From NCBI GenBank assembly GCA_009914755.4, contig CP068257.2, forward strand, positions 29,952,001-30,016,000: DNA of 64,000 nucleotides, given 5' to 3'. Made by a program: the position numbers and the translations under genes. This stretch comes from the human T2T-CHM13v2.0 reference genome, Homo sapiens. This document shows, in pieces, positions 49,858 to 64,000 of this stretch. The notes under the pieces were generated by a model. That model saw only the letters and a program-made list of their open reading frames with translations. It was not told the DNA's origin and did not search any database. How positions within the stretch are numbered: position 1 is the first letter of the stretch; each line of letters starts with the position of its first letter.

Positions 49858-49990
49858 GGGTCTTGCTATGTTGCCTAGGCTGGTCTTGAACTCCTGAGCT
49901 CAAGCGATACTCCCACCTCAGCCTTTGTGACCTGCCCGCCTCAGCCTCCCAAAGTGCTGGGATTACAGGTGTGAGCCACTGCGCCTGGCC
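49858..49990 (-). mobile_element. Alu fragment (left half, reverse complement)
   Basis: GGGGTCTTGCTATGTTGCCTAGGCTGGTCTTGAACTCCTGAGCTCAAGCGATACTCCCACCTCAGCCTTTGTGACCTGCCCGCCTCAGCCTCCCAAAGTGCTGGGATTACAGGTGTGAGCCACTGCGCCTGGCC. Confidence 0.85.
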
Positions 49991-50096
49991 AATTTTTTTC
50001 TATTTTTTATTCTCTATATTGTCGATTTCTCCTCTAATTTTTATTATTTCATTTCTTCTGTTAACTTTGGGCATAGTTTGTTCTTCTTCTTCTAGT

Positions 50097-50208
50097 GGTT
50101 TTTTTTTTTTTTTTGAGATGGAGTCTCGCTCTCTCACCCAGGCTGGAATGCAGTGGCGCGATCTCGGCTCACTGCAAGCTCTGCTTCCCAGGTTCACGCC
50201 ACTTCTTC
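50097..50208 (-). mobile_element. Alu fragment (3' part of right arm, AluY-like)
   Basis: TTTTTTTTTTTTTTGAGATGGAGTCTCGCTCTCTCACCCAGGCTGGAATGCAGTGGCGCGATCTCGGCTCACTGCAAGCTCTGCTTCCCAGGTTCACGCCACTTC. Confidence 0.85.
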
Positions 50209-50351
50209 TAGTTTTTTGAGATGTAAAGTTTGGTTGTTTGAGATGTTTCCTCTTTTTAATATAGGCATTCATTGCTATAAACTTCCCCGTTAGTACTGCT
50301 TTTGATTCAACCCATAAGTTTTGGTATGTAGTATTTTTATTTTTAATTTAA

Positions 50352-50655
<304 letters not shown>

Positions 50656-50712
50656 TGGTATGTAGAATTTCCATTTCTATTCATCTTAAGATTTTTTTTG
50701 ATTTACCTTTTT

Positions 50713-51507
<795 letters not shown>

Positions 51508-52054
51508 TAACACTACAATTTACTCTGGAGAATATTCCACATGCACTTGAAAAGGATGTGGATTCTGCTGCTGTTGGGTGGAATGTTCTCTGTATGTCTG
51601 TCAGGTCCATTTAGTGTACAGTGTTCAAATCATTTGTTTCCTTATCAATAGTCTATCTGGATGTTCTATCCACTATTGAAAGTGGGGTATTGAAGTCTGT
51701 TACTGTAATTGTATTGCTTTTTTTTTTCCTTTTTACAAAGTAGCCAGAGGCTCAGATATTATCGTATTGCTTTCTCTCTTTAGTTCTATCAGCATTTGCT
51801 TTACATATTTAGGTGTTCTGATGTTGAGTGAATATTTATAATTGTTATGTCTTCCTAGTGAATTGGCCGTTTTATCATTATATAATGTCCTTCCTTGTCT
51901 CTTATGACAGTTTTAAATTTTAACTCTATTTTGTCTGATCCAAGTATAACCACTTCTGCACTCGTTTACCAGTTGCATGGAATATGTTTAAGGACACACA
52001 TTGCTCTATGTGTGTCCTTAAATCTAAAGTGAGTTTCTTATAGACAGCATGTAG

Positions 52055-52429
<375 letters not shown>

Positions 52430-53249
52430 TAATTGGTTTGTGTTAGTCTTATAATTCTTTTGTCCATCTGTTCCTCTCTTGCTGTCTTCCTTTTTGTTTT
52501 GTTTTTTTTTTTTTTTTGTATTGATATGCTTTTATTCCTTCCTCTTTTTCTTTTGTGTAATTTTTACAGATATTTTCTTTGTCATCATCATGGGGTTTAC
52601 AAAAACAATCTTATGGTTAGAACAGTCTATTTTAAGCTGATAACAACTTAAGTTCAATTGTATACAAAACATAATACTTTTATTACCCCCTACACACGCT
52701 TTATGTTGTCATAATTTACATGTACTTATCTTATGTATCTATTAATGTATCCTTTAACTATAGGTATTTATAATGCTTTTGTCTTTTAACTTTTATACTA
52801 GAATCAAAAGTGATTTACCCACAACCATAACAGTATTGCAGTATTCTGTATTTGTCTTTGTATTTACCTTTACCAGTAAGTTTTATATTTTCTTATGCAA
52901 CTGTTTTGCTGTTTTAGCATCCTTTTGTTTCAACTTGAAGAACTCCCTTTAGCATTTTTTTGTACGGCAAGTTTAGTGGTAATAAAATCTTTTAGCTTTT
53001 GTTTTTCGTGGGAAAACTTCATTTCTCCTTCATTTTGGAAGGAGTATTTTGCCAGGCATAGTATTCTTAGTTGACAAGTTTTTTTTTTCCTTTCAGTACT
53101 TTGATTATATTACCCTATTCCCTTCTGGCCTACAAAGTTTCCACTGAGAAATCAACTTATAGTCTTATAGGGGCTCCCTTGTACATGTCCTTATACATTC
53201 TCCTCTTAACCATTTATTATTTATTATTATTAATATTATTATTATTTAC

Positions 53250-53530
53250 AGATAGGGCTTACTCTGTGGCCAAGACTTCAATGCAGTGGTGTGATAATAG
53301 TTCAATGAAGCCTCGAATGCCTGGGCAAAAGGGATCCTCCCATCTCAGCCTCCAGATTAGCTGGGACTACAGGCACAGGCCACAATGTCCCGCTAATTAT
53401 TTTATTTTTCGTAGACACAGGGTCTTGCTTTGTTGCCCAGGCTGGTCTCAAACTCCTGGGCTCAAGTGATCCTCCTGCCCTGACCTCTCAAAGTGCTGGA
53501 ATTACAGGCATGAATCACCACACCAGGCAC
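53250..53530 (-). mobile_element. Alu SINE (AluJ-like)
   Basis: ACAGATAGGGCTTACTCTGTGGCCAAGACTTCAATGCAGTGGTGTGATAATAGTTCAATGAAGCC ... GGAATTACAGGCATGAATCACCACACCAGGC; preceded by (TTA)n-like tract. Confidence 0.85.
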
Positions 53531-53779
53531 TTCTTGACCATTTTTAAGTGTATAATTCAGTAGCATTAAGTATTTCATATTGTTGTTGAACCAGTCTCCA
53601 GACTTCTTTTCATCCTGTAAATCTAAAACTCTATACCCATTAAATGATAACTCTTCATCCCTCCCTTGCCTTAGCACCTGTCAGCCACCATTCCACTCTT
53701 TGTCTCTATGGATTTGACTAATCTGTTTATCTCATATAAGTGAAATCATATGATATTTGTCATTTAATTTTATTGTATT

Positions 53780-54098
<319 letters not shown>

Positions 54099-54181
54099 TA
54101 AGGTCTTCAAAGTTTATCAGTGATGTAGCATGTTTCAAAATTTCCTTCTGTTTTAAGAATAAATAATATTCTGTTGAATAG

Positions 54182-54670
<489 letters not shown>

Positions 54671-54793
54671 TAATTATAAACTAAATGGCTCTGTGTTGAA
54701 AAAAGAAAGTCAGGATGGGCACACAGTCTGTTGAATATTTACCACCAGTTTGATATCTTAACTGGAGGTCCTCATTTAAAATGAAGAAAAGGG

Positions 54794-55703
<910 letters not shown>

Positions 55704-56307
55704 GGAAATGGATTTTTTTTTTTTACCTTCTCACAGATTCATATAAGGTCCCACTCACTGACATTCTTTCAATCACATCTTGTTTCTGGTGTAACTATTT
55801 ACACTTCTCTCTCTCTCTCTCTGTTCATAAATTGTACCCATCACAAGTATCATAATCTTATTAAACACTTCCCATACTCACATAGCTAATAGCCTTACAT
55901 TGTAGATATGTAATTTCACACAATCTGTTGCTTTAAGTTTATATAAAAGATCAAGTTCCTTTCAATAAAAGAACAACAACAATAAAAAGATTATGACCTT
56001 ACAAAAAGCCCTTGAAATGTCTAAAATAGATTAAATAAAATATAGACCAGCACCTCAACAGGGAATAAGAAACAGCTAGCATTTCACAGACTTACACAAA
56101 GCCAATGAACACATGAACATGTACTCATTAGCATGAATAATCAAATAAGTAGAAATTTAAAATGAGGTTTTCTTTTTCACCTCTCAGATTGGTAGGTAAA
56201 GAGACTGGTATTATGGTTTGGTGAGGCTGTAGGGAAATAAACAGAGTAGGAATGGAATTAAGCACAACCATTTTGTTTTTTAAATTCATTTTATTATTTT
56301 TATATAT

Positions 56308-56505
56308 TTTGAGACAAGATCTCACTCTGTCTCCCAGGCTGGAGTGCAGTGGCGTGATCTCGGCTCACTGCAACCTCCGCCTCCTGGGTTCAAGTGACTC
56401 TTGTGCCTCAGCCTCCCGAGTAGCTGAGATTACAGCGGTGCGCCACCAAGCCCCGCTAATTTTTGTATTTTTTAGTAGAGATGCGGTTTTGTCATGTTGG
56501 CCAGG
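56308..56505 (-). mobile_element. Alu SINE (left end missing) with 17-bp target-site duplication
   Basis: TTTTGAGACAAGATCTCACTCTGTCTCCCAGGCTGGAGTGCAGTGGCGTGATCTCGGCTCACTGCAACC ... GTAGAGATGCGGTTTTGTCATGTTGGCCAGGCTG; flanked by TAAGCACAACCATTTTG on both sides. Confidence 0.85.
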
Positions 56506-56801
56506 CTGTAAGCACAACCATTTTGAAACACAATTTGGCAACAACTTGTGAGCTGGCATATATACTTTGAGCAATTTGTATCTCAGAAGCATTCCACAAG
56601 TCCATAAGAATATATACATGTCCATAGAAAATACACATCTGTTCTAATAGCAAATAATTGAAAACATCTACAAGTCCATCCATAGGTGTGATATGTTGAA
56701 TTGTGTCCCCTAAAAAGATAAGTTTAAGTCCTAATCCATGGCATACTTGCGAATGTGACCTTACTTGGAAATACAGTCTGTGCAGATGTGATTAGTTAAG
56801 A

Positions 56802-56981
56802 CAATGGTCCCCAACCTTTTTTGCACCAGGGACTGATATGAGAATCTAATGCTGCCACTGATTTGACAGGAGGCGGAGTTCAGGTGGTAATACTTGTCAC
56901 CACTCACCTCCTGCCATGTGGCCCGGTTCCTAGCAGTCCACAGACTGGTACTGGTCTGCAGCCCAGGGATTGGGGACCCTT
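56802..56981. mobile_element. Tigger1-derived MITE (~180 bp, MER28-like)
   Basis: CAATGGTCCCCAACCTTTTTTGCACCAGGGACTGATATGAGAATCTAATGCTGCCACTGATTTGACAGGAGGCGGAGTTCAGGTGGTAATACTTGTCACCACTCACCTCCTGCCATGTGGCCCGGTTCCTAGCAGTCCACAGACTGGTACTGGTCTGCAGCCCAGGGATTGGGGACCCTTG; both ends are mutual inverted complements and match Tigger1 termini. Confidence 0.75.
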
Positions 56982-57024
56982 GAGTTAAGATGAGGGCATA
57001 TTGATATGGCTCCGATGAGTGGAG

Positions 57025-57950
57025 GAACACAAGGGTTCTTGGTCCTCATGCCGGTTTAGATAAAACAACATGGACACAAGTGGAGTGGTTTTTTTTTTTG
57101 TTGTTTTTTTTTGTTTTGTTTTTTTTTGAGACGGAGTCTCGCTGTCGCCCAGGCTGGAGTGCAGTGGCGCAATCTCGGCTCACTGCAGGCTCCGCCCCCT
57201 GGGGTTCACGCCATTCTCCTGCCTCAGCCTCCCGAGTAGCTGGGACTACAGGCGCCCGCCACCTCGCCCGGCTAATTTTTTGTATTTTTAGTAGAGACGG
57301 GGTTTCACCGTGTTAGCCAGGATGGTCTCGATCTCCTGACCTCGTGATCCGCCCGCCTCGGCCTCCCAAAGTGCTGGGATTACAGGCGTGAGCCACCGCG
57401 CCCGGCCGTGGAGTGGTTTTAATAGGCAAGTTTAATAGGCAAGAAGGGAGAAGGCAGAAGGAAGAAGCTCCCTCGTACAGAGACAAGAGGCAGAGAGGCT
57501 CCAAAGCCGAAAGAGTAGACACCAAGTGGAGTGAAAACCAGCTAAGTTTATATAGAGGCTGGAGGAGGCGGTGTCTGATTTGCACAGGGCTCAGGGGATT
57601 GGTTTGACCAGGCATGTCATTCACGCAGCCCGGGAAAAAGCTGGTCCACCCACCCTAGCCTTTTAATATGCAAATGCAGAGCACCATGATGTTCTACACA
57701 CGTGGGGATACGTGGGGGCGGCCATGTTTGCCAGGCACTTGTGGGGCAAGGGCAAGAAGAAGAGGGTGGGAATTGTCATGTTTGGGTAGACCCAGTTTCT
57801 AATGGCCAGCATGTGCATATCAAAGGTTGCTGGCCTGGCTCTAAGAGCCTGGGCTTGACAAGAAACCTTTCTGGAACAGCTTTAAAAATGAAAACTTCCC
57901 AAGGACCCCTTTTCCTCTCTATCTGCCTAAAATAATTTCTTAATAACTCC
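57025..57950 (+). repeat. unclassified LTR-like interspersed repeat, copy B (interrupted by AluY at 57090-57407)
   Basis: ..GGTTTAGATAAAACAACATGGACACAAGTGGAGTGG [AluY] TTTTAATAGGCAAGTTTAATAGGCAAGAAGGGAGAAGG...GAGGAGGCGGTGTCTGATTTGCACAGGGCTCAGGGGATTGGTTTGACCAGGCATGTC...CCCACCCTAGCCTTTTAATATGCAAATGCAG...CTATCTGCCTAAAATAATTTCTT; collinear with 36105-36690. Confidence 0.7.
57090..57407 (-). mobile_element. AluY SINE (near-consensus, young) with 13-bp target-site duplication
   Basis: T-rich head, GAGACGGAGTCTCGCTGTCGCCCAGGCTGGAGTGCAGTGGCGCAATCTCGGCTCACTGCAGGCTCCGCCCCCTGGGGTTCACGCCATTCTCCTGCCTCAGCCTCCCGAGTAGCTGGGACTACAGGCGCCCGCCACCTCGCCCGGCTAATTTTTTGTATTTTTAGTAGAGACGGGGTTTCACCGTGTTAGCCAGGATGGTCTCGATCTCCTGACCTCGTGATCCGCCCGCCTCGGCCTCCCAAAGTGCTGGGATTACAGGCGTGAGCCACCGCGCCCGGCC; flanks GTGGAGTGGTTTT both sides. 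Confidence 0.95.
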
Positions 57951-57980
57951 TACCACAATACGGGATTAGAGTTGACCCTA

Positions 57981-58637
<657 letters not shown>

Positions 58638-58675
58638 CTAAAGATGGAAGTGAAAACCTCCCATCTATTCCCTTT

Positions 58676-59329
<654 letters not shown>

Positions 59330-59330
59330 T

Positions 59331-59636
59331 ATGGCTCACGCCTGTAATCCCAGCAGTTTGTGAAGCTGAGCCAGGCGGATCACCTAAGGTCAGGAGTTCA
59401 AGACCAGCCTGGCCAACATGGTGAAACCCCATCTCTACTAAAAATACAAAAATTAGCCTGATGTGGTGGCGTGTGCCTGTAGTCCCAGCTATTCAGGATG
59501 CTGAGGCAAGAGAATTGCTTCAACTTGGGAGGTGGAGGTTGCAGTGAGCCAAGATGGCACCATTGTACTCCAGCCTGGGCAACAAGAGCGAAACTCCGTC
59601 TTGAAAATAAATAAATGAATAAATAAAATAAAGTAA
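59331..59636 (+). mobile_element. Alu SINE (5' ~10 bp missing)
   Basis: ATGGCTCACGCCTGTAATCCCAGCAGTTTGTGAAGCTGAGCCAGGCGGATCACCTAAGGTCAGGAGTTCAAGACCAGCCTGGCCAACATGG ... TGTACTCCAGCCTGGGCAACAAGAGCGAAACTCCGTCTTG, tail (AAATA)n. Confidence 0.9.
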
Positions 59637-59771
59637 ATGTGATTCTGAGCCTTGTTCTATATAGCACTAAAAGATTAACTCAAAGCACATGTTGTAAGAA
59701 AACTGGAAGAGGAAGAGAGTCCCGATCAAGTAGCATAGGAAGAAGAGTTTTTATTTTTATGAATATAAGAA

Positions 59772-60066
<295 letters not shown>

Positions 60067-60302
60067 TCAAGATGCATGAGAGTCTTAATGATAGTTTACT
60101 CATACTGTACTTAATATGCAAAATTAGAATAATCAAGTAAGAACAATGATTAGATGCCATTTTTAAATTCTAAAATGAATGCCATGTGGGGATGAGAGTG
60201 CTGGCCTTGAACTCAGAAAACCTCGGTTCAAGTCTGGGTTTTTCCCATTTCTAGGTTGTGATCACTTCCCTCCCTGAGTCCTTAATTAAAATATCCAGTT
60301 TA

Positions 60303-60608
<306 letters not shown>

Positions 60609-61227
60609 TATCCAGTTTATAAATAGGGATAACAATATCTGTCTGGCCTGATAACAAGGGCTTGTAAGTACAAAATGCAATAAGGAGAAAGCAATTCATG
60701 GACTTTGACTCTCAGTACCCAGGAAAAGTCTTGTGCGTGAAGGAAGAACATAGAGGAAGTCATTAGTGATAAGGACCACAGGTGCAGTTGCAATTCCTGC
60801 CCTTTCTGGCAAAGAAAAAGGAGAGACCTGTGCCAAAATAAGCAGCTTCTAACTCAAGTCATACACCAAGTCAGTCCCTTGCACTGCACATTGTCCTGCT
60901 GCTGGCACTGTCCTGGTCTTGCCAGTAATAGGTTGGGTATCCTAATCTACTGCCCGGAACTTTCAGTGGTTTCCTCTTCAGTTTATCTAGTTAAATGTTC
61001 GGGATAATCCTTCCCCTCGGCCCCCTCCCCCACAAGTGAAGAAACTCCATCTCAAAATGGCTTCACCAATGCTGAGGTGTATTATCTCGCAGAAGAAGAA
61101 ATCCAGAGAAAGTGTGGCTTCGTGTTAACAAATACATGGACTGGAAGATGATGTCTGTTAGCTCTACCACTTTTGGCTTGTTTTATGCAGTCTAACTCTC
61201 ATTACGTCTGCAAGATGATTGCTCTAG

Positions 61228-62031
<804 letters not shown>

Positions 62032-62789
62032 CTGTATATCTTTTTTAAAAGGAAAAGAACATATCCCAGAAGTTTCCAACTGAGTTTCCCTCTGGGTCAA
62101 TACCAGAATTGGGTGGGGGTCTTCAGCTCACCCCTAAACTCATCATTGATAAGCAGAATGAATGACCATGGCTGGTTTAGACAACTGAAATTTCCGCTGG
62201 CCACATAAGGAAGGATAGACACTAGAACAAAATCAGGTCTATCAGAGTGGAAGAAAGGGAAGAGGGCTGGTGGGGAGGCAATGAATAGTGCCAGCGAACT
62301 GGAAAATCATCCTGACATTTCGGTTCTGCTCTTTGACTACGGTAACTGTGTGTAAGTTAAAAGGGGAGGTCCATCCATCATTACCTTTCTTATCTCAGAT
62401 AGCTAAGAGACATCATGAACTTAACTGTGTCCAAAATGAAACTACTGGTCTTCTTCCTCACATCTGCTCCACTGGCAGCCTCCTTGGCCATATTAATTAA
62501 CAACAACTCCTTCTATTGAACCAACACCTTGGAGTTATCCTGGACTCTTGTCCTCTTGCATTCAACGTCTTAACCATTGGCAAATCCTACTGGCATGACC
62601 TTTGAAATACTGTACCCAACTTGGGGCCCAGGGAACTGTGGCAGGGATTTGGGGGAAGGCTATAACTCTCTACCTCAGCATGAAACCCAGCCCTGCTCCA
62701 GTACCAGAGAAATAGGGGGTATCTGGAGGTAGCACCCTTGGCATGGAATTGGGTGTCCTCATGATGGCAGTGGCAGTGGTAAAACTTCA

Positions 62790-63647
<858 letters not shown>

Positions 63648-64000
63648 ATACCTGAGACTGGGAAATTTATAAAGAAAAGAAGTTTAATTGGCTCCCGGTT
63701 CTGCAGGCTGTACAAGCATGGCACCAACATCACTCAGCTTCATGGGGGGGGCCTCAGGGAGCTTTTATTCATGGCAGAAGGCAATGTGGGAGCAGGCATT
63801 TCACATGGTGAAAGCAGGAGCAAGAGAGAGAGTGGGGGAGGAACTGTAACACACTTCTTTTTTGGGCTATGCAAATTCTCCAGTTGCACCCCGGGTCTAA
63901 TGAATCAGAAACACTGGGGGTGGAAGCGTATTTCCAGCTACAGCCATGTGAAAAGTCAGCAAATCCTCTCCCCAGAAAGCAACTATAAGTCTGAACAAAA
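63648..64000 (-). mobile_element. MaLR (THE1/MST-type) LTR, 3' part in reverse complement, continues past window end
   Basis: AAATACCTGAGACTGGGAAATTTATAAAGAAAAGAAGTTTAATTGGCTCCCGGTTCTGCAGGCTGTACAAGCATGGCACCAACATCACTCAGCTTCATGGGGGGGGCCTCAGGGAGCTTTTATTCATGGCAGAAGGCAATGTGGGAGCAGGCATTTCACATGGTGAAAGCAGGAGCAAGAGAGAGAGTGGGGGAGGAACTG = reverse complement of LTR 3' end (..CCATGATTGTGAGGCCTCCCCAGCCATG..GAGTCCATTAAACCTCTTTCCTTTATAAATTACCCAGTCTCAGGTAT). Confidence 0.7.

Overview
The window is primate (human-like) nuclear genomic DNA dominated by interspersed repeats. It holds about 80 Alu SINE copies or fragments (roughly 35-40% of the sequence), including several young AluY-like copies with intact target-site duplications. 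An old L1 lies on the minus strand from about 46.8 to 53.2 kb, chopped up by at least 10 Alus and an LTR, and a second L1 3' end follows at 53.5-54.7 kb. There are many ERVL-MaLR solo LTRs (THE1/MST/MLT1-like), a few ERV LTRs, MIR and DNA-transposon relics (Tigger1-derived elements, a hAT-like palindrome), and numerous microsatellites, minisatellites and polypurine or G-rich tracts. The only gene-derived feature I can support is an intronless, frameshifted retrocopy (processed pseudogene) of FBXW11 (beta-TrCP2) on the minus strand at about 43.1-44.6 kb. I see no intact protein-coding exon, tRNA, rRNA, CRISPR array or prokaryotic-style gene system, and essentially every ORF in the six-frame track is Alu-, LTR-, L1- or simple-repeat-derived. 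The structures most worth a second look are: the FBXW11 retrocopy fused at its 5' end to a THE1 LTR fragment; a roughly 1.15-kb palindromic (long inverted repeat) element at 19.8-21.0 kb; two copies of an unclassified LTR-like repeat of about 0.6 kb; stacked nested insertions inside an MLT1 LTR at 56.7-58.3 kb; tightly spaced inverted Alu pairs; a tandem Alu triplet sharing a flank motif; and long G-rich or polypurine tracts. Repeat-family names are from memory of consensus sequences and are tentative unless stated.
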